From assembly GCA_017420185.1 (NCBI GenBank), contig JAFOJM010000041.1, forward strand, positions 1 through 38,785: a stretch of 38,785 nucleotides of DNA, read 5' to 3'. Below the pieces are notes generated by a model. That model saw only the letters and a list, made by a program, of their open reading frames with translations, searched no databases and was not told the DNA's origin. The DNA is from Candidatus Saccharimonadota bacterium. Its GTDB lineage: Bacteria; Patescibacteriota; Saccharimonadia; Saccharimonadales; Saccharimonadaceae. A program made the position numbers and the translations under genes. This document shows, in pieces, positions 8,840 through 18,233 of this stretch (positions are counted from its first letter, which is position 1; each line of letters opens with the position of its first letter).

Positions 8840-11104
8840 CTACTGCGATACTACACAGCGTACAGAGACCCCGCCGTACTTACCGTAGTAATTCGAGGGA
8901 AACACGTAGCTACTGCCGAAGTATAGGTTGTAAGCGAAGTTCGTATCGTACGCAGTAGACGACCAATAGTAGCCGTAGCGGCCACGACCGACCGCCGACG
9001 AACCGCCCCAGTAGCCGGAATAAACGAAGTTATTTGGGAAAGAGCGCCAGTTATTGGAGCCTGTAGCACCGGAGGCTGCACCCATTTGCTGGTTAAGGTA
9101 ATAGAATGAACCAGAAGTGTTATTGCTGCTACCTAGCGGCAAACTCCATCCAGTAGGACAGATATCACCAGCTACTTCACCAGAAGATTTGCTGTATGTA
9201 CCGTTAGCAGCTGTGGCAGAGTACCAGTTGTAGTAGTTGCCATAGGAGCTAATCTTGTCGTCTAAATTCGCATGACTACTACTGGTAAAGTCTTGATTGA
9301 ACACAGGTGAAGCGGTAGTAAGTGCGGTGTTGTTAGTATTTAAATAAGACTGGTCGTAACAAGCTGAATCGCTATTTGTACACCAGCTATCATTTGTAGG
9401 TGACAAATGAGCCGATGCGTTACCGTCGTTATTCTTTATGGCTACATTATTATCTACTGTTACTGGATTATTAGTATTAGTAGTAGATATAGTAGCTTCG
9501 TTATCTAATCTTAGGTTTTCCGTCATCCAGCAGTTACCGTCTGCTAGTCTGGCTACTGTGTAGATGTTGCCGTCACGATTATCTGTAAGTGCAGTGATAG
9601 TATTCTTACCTACGCTTAGTGTGCCTGTTTCTACGTCATATGTGGTAGCAGTTAGAGCAGAACAGCCTTGCCAGTCTTGTAGTGATATAGGGTTACCACT
9701 GTTGTCTGTTTCTGCTGGTGCCCAGACTGCGTAGAGTTTCATCCCATTGTTAGATAAGTTTCCTACTGTAATCATTTGGTTAGGACCATAGATAGTTGGG
9801 TTATTAGATTCTTCATCGTCTGTGAGGTCTTCCCATGCGTTTTGGTCTGTACTCCATCCCACAAAGCCGTGTCCTGATTTAGTGAAATTGGAAGCTAGGA
9901 GGTCTACTTGTTTCCCAACAGAGGAATCAGTAGTATATTGAGAGACATTATCCATGTTAGTTGTTGGGTCTGCATTGTTTCCTTTGTAACAAATAGTATT
10001 TACTGGACAAGCTTCTTCCCACTGTGCATAGAAAGTTACGTCTTTTGTTTCCCCTTCTACGGCAGTGTATTCAGCTTGGTTTGCATATGATTCACCTGGG
10101 TCTTGTTCTGTAGGCTCTGCTACTGTATTCCAGCCAGTGAAGTCGTAGCCATCTCTCGTATATGTGTTTTCTGGAAGGGTAATAGTATCTCCTGCTACTA
10201 GAGTCATACCTTCTATTGCTGTACCACCATCGCTACCATTACCATCAAAGGATAGGTTGGTGATGTAGTTTGGTTCTGCTTCGTAGTATATACTACTGCC
10301 TTCATAGGTACCATATGGAGTATCTGGAGTGATGTAGAAGCCGTAGTAGATGGTGGTCTTGTCGTTTGCTGGTGTTTCTGAGTAGTCGTCTATGGTTTTT
10401 AGTATGGTAGGGTTAGATTGGTCTGTAGATAGTGTTGTATATACTTCGTCTTCTTTATCTTCTGGTTTTACTAGGCTTAGGCCATAAGTATTGTCTTTTA
10501 GCGCTACTAGTTCACCTTCGTCTGCTGCTACCATAGGAATGATGTTGGTATTGTCTGTGGTGGAGACTAGGTTAGTGTCTTCTGTATATGCAGTGAGAGT
10601 GTAGCCAGCTGCAGTAGCTTCTTCTACTGTTAGTTCTACTGGAAGAACAGCAAAGACTGGTTCGTCTGCTAGTTCTATAGTGAATTCTTGGTCGCTTTCT
10701 TTTACCGTAAGAGTATCTTCTGTAGCTTCTGTAGCATTAGTATTGCTTTTACCAGCATTTACGAGTAGTGCTGCTAGTGTACCTAGTGATATTACTAGCG
10801 CTAGAGCTGCCAGTGGGATAGATACTTTCTTTTTAGTTTTTGCTATTGCTAGAGCATTAGCTAGTTTATTTGCTTTGTTAGCTTTATGCTCTTTATTATC
10901 TTTACTATGTTTCTTTTTATAGTAAAGTACGGCAGCAGCTACTATAGCTAGTATTGCTACTATACTTATTGTTATTATGGTAGCTTCAGGCCCACCAATG
11001 CCGTGTGTGAATAGACCAGTATTAGGAACTATTGGTTCCGTACTTGGATCTATTGGTGTAGGGCCACTTCCTGGCTCTACTATATTGAGCGTTATCTTGC
11101 TCAT
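8840..11104 (-). CDS. Membrane-anchored surface protein with InlB-B/Listeria-Bacteroides repeats and a C-terminal FISUMP (Fib_succ_major, CLec-fold) domain; probable DGR target
   Basis: Two N-terminal TMs; GYDFTGWNT..YAQW and GFVGWST..LYAVW repeats; DNRDGNIY..DGNCWMTENL, GNYYNWYSA, ICPTGWSLP, YWSST, SVRCV. Confidence 0.9.
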   Translation of the reverse strand: MSKITLNIVEPGSGPTPIDPSTEPIVPNTGLFTHGIGGPEATIITISIVAILAIVAAAVLYYKKKHSKDNKEHKANKANKLANALAIAKTKKKVSIPLAALALVISLGTLAALLVNAGKSNTNATEATEDTLTVKESDQEFTIELADEPVFAVLPVELTVEEATAAGYTLTAYTEDTNLVSTTDNTNIIPMVAADEGELVALKDNTYGLSLVKPEDKEDEVYTTLSTDQSNPTILKTIDDYSETPANDKTTIYYGFYITPDTPYGTYEGSSIYYEAEPNYITNLSFDGNGSDGGTAIEGMTLVAGDTITLPENTYTRDGYDFTGWNTVAEPTEQDPGESYANQAEYTAVEGETKDVTFYAQWEEACPVNTICYKGNNADPTTNMDNVSQYTTDSSVGKQVDLLASNFTKSGHGFVGWSTDQNAWEDLTDDEESNNPTIYGPNQMITVGNLSNNGMKLYAVWAPAETDNSGNPISLQDWQGCSALTATTYDVETGTLSVGKNTITALTDNRDGNIYTVARLADGNCWMTENLRLDNEATISTTNTNNPVTVDNNVAIKNNDGNASAHLSPTNDSWCTNSDSACYDQSYLNTNNTALTTASPVFNQDFTSSSHANLDDKISSYGNYYNWYSATAANGTYSKSSGEVAGDICPTGWSLPLGSSNNTSGSFYYLNQQMGAASGATGSNNWRSFPNNFVYSGYWGGSSAVGRGRYGYYWSSTAYDTNFAYNLYFGSSYVFPSNYYGKYGGVSVRCVVSQ

Positions 11105-11177
11105 AAGCTTACCTCCTTTATGCGGTTAAATTATTATTGAATACCGTATATAAACAGTATATATACTTATGTTTATA

Positions 11178-11205
11178 ATTCTACCCCCCCTCCGGCAAAA
11201 GTCAA
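11178..11205 (-). promoter_or_regulatory. Sigma70 promoter of the FISUMP gene with a G7 tract in the spacer
   Basis: TTGACT (11205-11200), 16-nt spacer containing GGGGGGG, TAGAAT (11183-11178). Confidence 0.6.
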
Positions 11206-11360
11206 GAGCATTTTGTGCCTCTGGTGGATGGGGGGGTGAGAAATGTTAAAAAACGCGCTATCTTACCACTAGCGCAGAGCCTGGACAAAAATACAATATA
11301 CTGTTTACCTCGTATTATACCGAAAATCGCAAACATTATGGATTAGGAGTAAAGGAGGCC

Positions 11361-11591
11361 TTGATAAGCACATACGGCAAATCTATCGGGGCTATCCTAA
11401 CATCAGCGTCGATACTAATAATAGTGACGGCGATAGTGGGGAACTTTACTTCGGCCATAGCAGGGAAAATATGTCAGTTTATCTCGCTAGGAACTTTGTG
11501 TGCGACACTGATAATATTATTGCTATTGCCAGCGCTGCTGGCTGTGCTTGACAGATTTATTGCTGGGCGACAGCTACCGGCTAAAAAATAA
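11361..11591 (+). pseudogene. Short hydrophobic ORF resembling the last two TM helices of an MMPL/RND transporter; probable gene fragment
   Basis: G.AILTSASIL...GTLCATLIILLLLPALLAVLDRFI resembles MMPL C-termini; only 76 aa. Confidence 0.5.
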
Positions 11592-11645
11592 TATAGACTG
11601 ATAGCAAAAACCACTGGCGGTGAGCCAATGGTTTAAGCTTGAGGA

Positions 11646-12629
11646 TTAATTGGAGAATACCTTGTAGGCACGCTCCACCTCGGGATTGTCGAACAAAAGG
11701 TCAATTGTGACCTTGTATTTCGTTTCTCGCTGGGTGATAGCGCCTACTACCCTCATGACCTTTGCTACGATGCGCAGATCTTTCGGGCGGAAGTCTTCGG
11801 CCTCGTCCGTATTGCGAAGCTCTTCGTAGAGGGCCTCGTGGCCAGTGTCGTCGAGATGAATCGTGTCCATCTCTTCAAGAAGCGCAATTTCGCCGCTGTT
11901 ATAAATACAGATGGCGATTTTGTTTCGCTCTGAGATTTGGGCACGAATAGCCTTCAAGGACTCCTCTTTACAGGCTCGCGCGGCCCAAATTCCTTCCATT
12001 TGGTCGGCGATATATGCGTCCTCCTTGGCCATACTTCTTATCTTTTCCCAGGCTTCGTCGCGAGCTTTACAAAGCTCCATGATCTGTTTCAAGATTTTCT
12101 GGGCTTCGATTTTGTTTGCATTGCGTGTTCTTTTAAACGCGTCGTACTTACGTTTCAAAGCTATAGCTTCGCTACTCAGGATTCTTTCTTTCTCCTCCAG
12201 TTCTGATATGGTAAGCTGCTGAAGCTGGTCGGAAGGCGCCTGCTCAGCACCATCGGACGCGACTTCGCTGCCTGACTCAGTCTCCGACTGAGGCGGAGCG
12301 TCGTACTTGACTTCATTCGGCTCTGCCACCGTAGCGGTCTCACAAGACTCAGCCTTTGACACTGCATCTGAAGCGGCGTTATCTGGCTCTTTGTTTGCCT
12401 GAAAGACAACATCCCTGGTCTGTTTGGATTTATGAATTTTAGCGTTGTTCTTGTCGTTAGCCTTCAAATCACGCCATACTCTCTGTGCAGCACCTCTAAC
12501 TGTAAAAAGCTGACCTATTCTGGCCCAGAGATCCTCTGGAGGACAACTGTACTTTTTGCAAAAGGCCTGTACGCCCATGCCGTTTTTGATGCCTGCCTTA
12601 ACTTTCTTTCCAGTGATTTCTTTTAACAT
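11646..12629 (-). CDS. Hypothetical coiled-coil protein with acidic linker and possible N-terminal HTH
   Basis: 327-aa ORF with SD GGAGG; heptad-rich middle; hairpin at 11607-11634 downstream. Confidence 0.75.
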   Translation of the reverse strand: MLKEITGKKVKAGIKNGMGVQAFCKKYSCPPEDLWARIGQLFTVRGAAQRVWRDLKANDKNNAKIHKSKQTRDVVFQANKEPDNAASDAVSKAESCETATVAEPNEVKYDAPPQSETESGSEVASDGAEQAPSDQLQQLTISELEEKERILSSEAIALKRKYDAFKRTRNANKIEAQKILKQIMELCKARDEAWEKIRSMAKEDAYIADQMEGIWAARACKEESLKAIRAQISERNKIAICIYNSGEIALLEEMDTIHLDDTGHEALYEELRNTDEAEDFRPKDLRIVAKVMRVVGAITQRETKYKVTIDLLFDNPEVERAYKVFSN

Positions 12630-12642
12630 AATTTGCCTCCAA

Positions 12643-12993
12643 TTATACGCTTTCTGGCATCTTGGGCCAGTTTTTCAGTATCTCTTCCGTTCCTTCGAGA
12701 ACCCTGCTCCATTCGGCGGCATCCGCGATGCGAATTTCTTCGAGTTTCGAATAATCCACATGCTTTGCTCGCCGTAATGTTCTGAGGCTTAATACGGCAG
12801 TGCGTGGGCTGTGTGGCTGCACCAGTAACGATTCGTATGTTACGCCTCGTTTTTTGGCTATATCACGAATTACTGGATACGCATGGCCAGTAGATATGCC
12901 ATAGTGCTCAGCAATTTCGCTGACGGACCAGCCTGCTTCGTGCAGTTCTACATAATTTTCCTCAAACTGTAAAGTGCTCTCGCATTTTTTCAA
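12643..12993 (-). CDS. Small helix-turn-helix DNA-binding protein
   Basis: LHEAGWSVSEIAEHYGISTGHAY HTH pattern; TTG start after GAAAGGGGG; promoter TTGACA-17-TATAAT at 13072-13044. Confidence 0.75.
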   Translation of the reverse strand: MKKCESTLQFEENYVELHEAGWSVSEIAEHYGISTGHAYPVIRDIAKKRGVTYESLLVQPHSPRTAVLSLRTLRRAKHVDYSKLEEIRIADAAEWSRVLEGTEEILKNWPKMPESV

Positions 12994-13254
12994 GCTAATC
13001 CCCCCTTTCAAAAATATTGTACTAGCTAGCGAGTACTCTGCTAATTATAGCATACTTTACTAATGATGTCAATAATTTATAGGGGTCATGGCGTTAGAAC
13101 ATAAGTTATGCGAGACTTGATTTTATTTTTATTGGGCACGTTCCTGGAGCGCCACCAAAGCTTATGGTTCTTAGGATAGAGATAGCGGCCTGCTTTTGAC
13201 AAATTACGCAAATACCGCATGGGGAGCATGCTTTGTGCTATAATGATAATTGTA

Positions 13255-14217
13255 ATGGCGAAACAGAAAAAAGAGTTTACAAAAAAAGAATTGGAAACAT
13301 TGTCGGCGGAAGAAATTATCAACAAGATGCAGCACGAGAATTACTCTTTGCTAAACTCTCTAGGCGCGGAAGATTTGCGGAAAGAAATGGTGCCCGTGGG
13401 TAAGGCATGTAATACGGCGATAAATTATTTTTTTCGTACTACTGGACCGAAAAATAATCCAGAAAAACACAACAAAGCCGCACGCAAAAAACTCGTAAAA
13501 ATATTATCAAAAATCACACCCGGCTCGTACACTGAGATGCCGAAGGACGCCCAAAACGGGCTAGTGATAGGATTTAATCATCCATCGCTAGGCGAGATAG
13601 CGCGAATCTTAACGATGAAAATAGATATTATGGGCGACAAACCAATGTATTTTCCGGTGAATTTGCCGTGGTATGAGGCCTTGGCGCCGAATTTCGACAG
13701 GATAAAGCGACTAGGGATAGTGATCACGCCTACGATTACGCCATCTACATGGAAAAAAATGGGGTTAAAAGAAGGCACAAAGCTTTATGAAGCGGGGAAT
13801 AGGCTAAAGCGCGAATTCCGCAATATTTACACCGACTTGTCACGTGAGGCTATGAAAAATGGCGGGGTGATATTTGTGGCGCCGTCGGCCACTAGGCAAA
13901 CTACCGTATTTAAGACAGAAAAAGTTTATAAAAAAGAAGAGCCCATCATCCCTACCATGTCGGTACTAGCCCTAAAGCTATACGCTGACCCAGAGATAAA
14001 ATGCGATTTTTTGCCGATGGCAGTGCTGCCGCCAAAAGGCTATAAGCGTGGGCTGAATTTCAATAAAAAATACAGGTTGATACCTGGCGAGATAATGACA
14101 GCGGCGCAAATTCGTAAAAAATATTTTAAGACTGAGGCGCCTGAAAAACTAGACAATTTTGACTGGGATTTTCATATGAAAATTGCTGAAAAATTGCCGA
14201 AAGAATTTTGGTATTAA
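13255..14217 (+). CDS. PlsC/LPLAT-like acyltransferase-fold protein (divergent)
   Basis: FNHPSLGE (variant of HxxxxD) and GGVIFVAPSATR (variant of FPEGTR). Confidence 0.6.
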   Translation: MAKQKKEFTKKELETLSAEEIINKMQHENYSLLNSLGAEDLRKEMVPVGKACNTAINYFFRTTGPKNNPEKHNKAARKKLVKILSKITPGSYTEMPKDAQNGLVIGFNHPSLGEIARILTMKIDIMGDKPMYFPVNLPWYEALAPNFDRIKRLGIVITPTITPSTWKKMGLKEGTKLYEAGNRLKREFRNIYTDLSREAMKNGGVIFVAPSATRQTTVFKTEKVYKKEEPIIPTMSVLALKLYADPEIKCDFLPMAVLPPKGYKRGLNFNKKYRLIPGEIMTAAQIRKKYFKTEAPEKLDNFDWDFHMKIAEKLPKEFWY

Positions 14218-14434
14218 ACATATTTGGCAAGGTGTTGTTGCATAAATCATACGATACCTGGTCACGCCTCTATTGGACACACTCTAGGACCGTTCGGCCG
14301 AGCCTATGGTCCCAATAATAGAGGTTGTGACTAAGATTCAGACTAATTATGCAACAATACCATTTGGTAATATAAAAATGGGCGTAAAAAATGCCTACTT
14401 TTTTAATATTTATGCTAAAATAAGTATAAGAATT

Positions 14435-16177
14435 ATGGAAGAAGAAAAGTTTTTTTATCACCCACTAGAGAATATCGAAGATGTAGACCCTTTTTATGAG
14501 GCGGTGGAGCGAAATCATCTTACCAAAGCCGTGTCACCAGGGCGGCCGTATACCTACTGGACTCTGGAGCTATACGACCAGAAAAATGGCATCCGTGGCG
14601 GTGGTGGCCTAGGAGTACTAGCGGCAGATACACGGCGTGTAGCCGAGAAAATGAGTGTGCCTTTTGCACTGATTACGCCTTTTTATCCGTACGAGACGCG
14701 CCAGCTGCTAAAGGACGGCATGGTATACGACGATCATGTCGCAGTAGACTATAAGGATTTTGGCTTTAAGTTTGTGGATACTGTGTATATACGGTATTGC
14801 GATACGCTTTGTAAGCTTGATGTAGTAGAAAAACGGTTTGGCTGCACCAGAATAGTAGGTATTACTGAGCCGAATTTTGGTGAGCTATATTCTGGTATGA
14901 GCGGGTCTGACCATAGACTATACCAAGAGGTGGCATTAGGATTTGGTGGCTATGCGGCGCTAAAGCTTTTGGGGCTAAAGCCTGCCATAATGCAGCTTAA
15001 TGAAGTAGCGACGTTTTTTGCGGCTCTGGCCAGACTAGATGAGCTTGCTTATAATGGTATGGATTTTTATGAGGCAGTAGTATACACACGCAAACACACC
15101 CTATACACAAACCACACACTAGTGCAGGCTGCCGAGGCTGAGTTTAATTACGACCAGTTCGAAAGGTTTGTTTTTCCTAATGTCAAATCTTTGGCAGTAA
15201 AAAAGTGGCTAAAGGATAAATTCACCGATGGCCGCTTGAAGCTTTCGTCGGTAACTATAGAGATAGCAGAACTTCGTAGTGGAGTGTCGAAACTCCATGC
15301 TAGAGTGGCGAATTATCACGATATTGCCGGAAATAAGGTAAAATTCCGTGCTATCACTAATGGTATAGATATGGATACCTGGGTGCTACCAGACACGATG
15401 AAATATTACCACGAGATAGGCGTACTGGATGACGACAATTTGCCTACGGTGGCCTATAAGGAGGCGCTCGAGGCAATGACGTCGGATGATATTCGTAAGC
15501 TCAAGGCTGTAGGGCGCAAAATTTTGAATGATACCTTGAAAGACCGGCCAAGTCATACTGGGGAGGTGCTGAAATTTAGTGAAGATGAGTTTGTGTTTGA
15601 TTTTAAGCGTAGATTTGTGGACTACAAGCGGCCGGAGCTACCTTTTCGTGACCCAGCGAGGCTGCGCAATATACTAGAGCCGCATGGTGCTCACTACATA
15701 ATAGCAGGCAGAGTACACTCTGGGGACAAGACTATGTCTGACAAGCTACGTTCACTACTAGACGCTGTGGCCGCGGACGAATATCTCAGTACCCACGTAC
15801 ACTATATTGCCGACTACGACGAGAAGTTAGCTTATGGGCTATCCGTAGGGAGCAATGCGGCGATAAATGTACCGATAGTAGGGCTAGAGGCTTGTGGCAC
15901 GTCATGGATGAAAGATGTGGCAAACTTAAATATCTTGATATCTACACATGATGGCGGGGTGGCAGACGCATCGGCTAATTCGTACCTCAATGTATCTGGT
16001 ACCAGTGAAGATGAAGAGCTAGATATGCTGTACCAGCGAATGGAGGAAGCGCTAATGGCCTATGATAATGATTTTGACTTGGAATACACATTGCGCCAGC
16101 AATTGATAGCGTATTTACCGGTGATATCAGGGACCAGAATGCTAAAAGATTATCTTGATTTCTTGTTCCCGAAGTGA
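14435..16177 (+). CDS. glgP: Alpha-glucan (glycogen/maltodextrin) phosphorylase, GT35
   Basis: GGGGLGVLAAD, RLYQE..LG.GG, NHT, VSKLH, ITNG, RRFVDYKR, EACGTSWMK (PLP lysine). Confidence 0.9.
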   Translation: MEEEKFFYHPLENIEDVDPFYEAVERNHLTKAVSPGRPYTYWTLELYDQKNGIRGGGGLGVLAADTRRVAEKMSVPFALITPFYPYETRQLLKDGMVYDDHVAVDYKDFGFKFVDTVYIRYCDTLCKLDVVEKRFGCTRIVGITEPNFGELYSGMSGSDHRLYQEVALGFGGYAALKLLGLKPAIMQLNEVATFFAALARLDELAYNGMDFYEAVVYTRKHTLYTNHTLVQAAEAEFNYDQFERFVFPNVKSLAVKKWLKDKFTDGRLKLSSVTIEIAELRSGVSKLHARVANYHDIAGNKVKFRAITNGIDMDTWVLPDTMKYYHEIGVLDDDNLPTVAYKEALEAMTSDDIRKLKAVGRKILNDTLKDRPSHTGEVLKFSEDEFVFDFKRRFVDYKRPELPFRDPARLRNILEPHGAHYIIAGRVHSGDKTMSDKLRSLLDAVAADEYLSTHVHYIADYDEKLAYGLSVGSNAAINVPIVGLEACGTSWMKDVANLNILISTHDGGVADASANSYLNVSGTSEDEELDMLYQRMEEALMAYDNDFDLEYTLRQQLIAYLPVISGTRMLKDYLDFLFPK

Positions 16178-16272
16178 TAATCTTGATGATGCTAGAGATA
16201 ATATCATTTTTACTTTAACAAGCCTTACATTGGAGCCCATGAAAAACCCGCCAGGCAGCTGGCGGGTAGTTA

Positions 16273-16848
16273 CTAGGAGTAGATAAGTTGGTTGAAGACC
16301 GCGGTGACCCGTTCGTTGAAGACCTCGTCGTTACCGGAGATCTTGGCCTTGCCAAAGACATCTGCCTCACCGTAAATTTTGGCTTCGCCGGAAACCTCCG
16401 CCCAATCGTAGATCATGGCATGACCTGATACTTCAGCATTACCGCTAACGCGCGCGCTGCAAAAGACATCTGCGTCGCCACAGACTTGTGCGTAGTCGTA
16501 GACCTCGGCGCTGCTAGAAACCACGGCGTTGCCAAAGACGCGAGCGTAGCCGTAGACCTTGGCTTCGTCACGGACCTCGGCGTTGCCAAAGACACTGGCA
16601 TTGTCGAAAACTTCAGCGTTTCCAGAGATCACAGCGTCATCGAAAATCTTGGCATTGCCATGAACTTTGGCCTCATTGCCAACCCAGCAGATCCCTCCGT
16701 GGGAAAGGTTTTCTTCTTTTTCGATCCAGCCGCCTCGGTCTCCTGCCTTGACAGAAGCTAGAGGAATATCAATGAGAGCCTGGATGCGGTATAGCGTCCT
16801 ACCGTCAGGCATAGTCATCGTTTCTTTGGTTAGACAATATTTTTTCAT
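16273..16848 (-). CDS. Hexapeptide-repeat left-handed beta-helix protein (phage-associated 'polymer-forming' type)
   Basis: N-terminal LYRIQAL...GDRGGWIEKEENLSH followed by about 20 [AV]xVxG[ND] hexads. Confidence 0.85.
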   Translation of the reverse strand: MKKYCLTKETMTMPDGRTLYRIQALIDIPLASVKAGDRGGWIEKEENLSHGGICWVGNEAKVHGNAKIFDDAVISGNAEVFDNASVFGNAEVRDEAKVYGYARVFGNAVVSSSAEVYDYAQVCGDADVFCSARVSGNAEVSGHAMIYDWAEVSGEAKIYGEADVFGKAKISGNDEVFNERVTAVFNQLIYS

Positions 16849-17083
16849 ACTAGCTTCTCCTCGCTTTCAAGATACAAAGGTTTTATCCTTATTTTGATAT
16901 TATAGCATAAATATGCTGAAAGTCAATATTCGTCTTATTATTTTATTAAACATGCAATAAGATCAAATTTTTATTCTTGCTTTTACATAAAGTATGAAGA
17001 AAGGATTGACTTTTTATTTCGTTTGTGCTATAATTAAGATGGGAGTACGTTGAAAGCATCTATTAAAGAAAGGGGGTGGCAGT

Positions 17084-17461
17084 GTGAAAAAACACGCTTC
17101 CATCAAATCGTTTATTTTTAACTCTCTGTTGTTGGATATGCTTCTCGCTGCGGCGTTAGTGTGGTCCGGCACGAAAAACTTGGAACCACACGGAGTGTAC
17201 GAAGGAATACGGATAGCGATCCCCTCTATGATAGCGATTATTTTGTGTTGGTTGATTAGGATAAATCTTTTCAAAAAACAACATTTAAATGATGGCACCC
17301 TGGCATTAACATATGTTTTTTTGCCTGTGATATTCTCCATTACGACAGTAGTCATATGTGGTGATTGGGGATTTTTCTTTACCGCGTTCCTATTTTCCTT
17401 CTTTTTTACATTCGTCGCTTATATATTATTCATAACATATAACTTAAAAAATGATGCTTGA
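17084..17461 (+). CDS. Small 4-TM membrane protein of unknown function
   Basis: Hydrophobic 125-aa ORF; promoter TTGACT-17-TATAAT at 17007-17034; terminator CCCCGAC-AACCA-GTCGGGG-CTTTTT at 17477-17500. Confidence 0.65.
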   Translation: MKKHASIKSFIFNSLLLDMLLAAALVWSGTKNLEPHGVYEGIRIAIPSMIAIILCWLIRINLFKKQHLNDGTLALTYVFLPVIFSITTVVICGDWGFFFTAFLFSFFFTFVAYILFITYNLKNDA

Positions 17462-17559
17462 CTCCCGAAAATTGTCCCCGACAACCAGTCGGGGCTTTTT
17501 GTTGGGTGAAATAGCTATTTTCATGCTTGTTTTATAGGGGTGGGCGTGGTATATTGAAG

Positions 17560-17741
17560 GGAGGTGGGGTTGCAAGATTAATAATTAGTTAACGATTAGA
17601 CGAAAGGAGACTTATGGATGTTCCTATTGAAGACGATAAAGTTACAATAAAACTAAAAATTGTTCCTGCCAAAAGCAAGAACAACTAAAATAAGCTAATT
17701 TGATTCTACCGCGCAACGATTAAAAAGTCAACCCCACCGCC
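17560..17741 (+). ncRNA. Candidate ~180-nt structured RNA whose ends pair, containing a 24-codon sORF (17614-17688)
   Basis: TGGTATATT -10 just upstream; GGTGGGGTTG pairs with CAACCCCACC; AATTAGTT pairs with AGCTAATT; internal hairpin TTGTTCCTGC/GCAAGAACAA. Confidence 0.4.
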
Positions 17742-17837
17742 TAAAATTTACTATTGACTATACGCCTCAGTCGTAGTATACTATTGACAAGTCTGGTATC
17801 AGACTTTTTTGATATCAAATAATCAATAAGGAGTAAG

Positions 17838-18221
17838 ATGGCAAAAATCACAAGAATAAAGGCAAGCGAATCTCCGTCTAAAAACGAGGCGGCAGACGAG
17901 CCGGCGATTACTCGTAAAAAAGTTGTCGTTAAAGACAAAAAAGTCGAAAAAAATAAGCGTAAAGACAAGAAAAATGCAGAAAAGAAGGTGACTACTAGCA
18001 AATCTGAGAAAAAGCCTTTTATCCTGATACGACCTTTTGTATCTCTAGGCAGATATATTCGTGACTCTTGGCGTGAGCTTCGCCAGGTACGATGGCCCAA
18101 CCGCAAGGCCACTTGGAAGATGGTGCTAGCGGTACTAGTGTATACAGCCATCTTTATGGTATTTATCTCACTTCTTGATTTGTTCTTTACTTGGTTATCA
18201 AATTTAATATTAAATAAATAG
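17838..18221 (+). CDS. secE: Preprotein translocase subunit SecE with Lys-rich N-terminal extension
   Basis: ELRQVRWPNRK followed by a single TM; directly upstream of nusG. Confidence 0.95.
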   Translation: MAKITRIKASESPSKNEAADEPAITRKKVVVKDKKVEKNKRKDKKNAEKKVTTSKSEKKPFILIRPFVSLGRYIRDSWRELRQVRWPNRKATWKMVLAVLVYTAIFMVFISLLDLFFTWLSNLILNK

Positions 18222-18233
18222 AAAGGAATATAT

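Noticed and set aside
8851-9081. Alternative-frame ORF over the FISUMP 3' end
   Set aside because: It is a by-product of the A-poor, stop-poor variable-region composition.
16273-16848. DNA tandem repeat or prophage
   Set aside because: The 18-nt periodicity is explained by hexapeptide coding repeats, and no other phage genes flank it.
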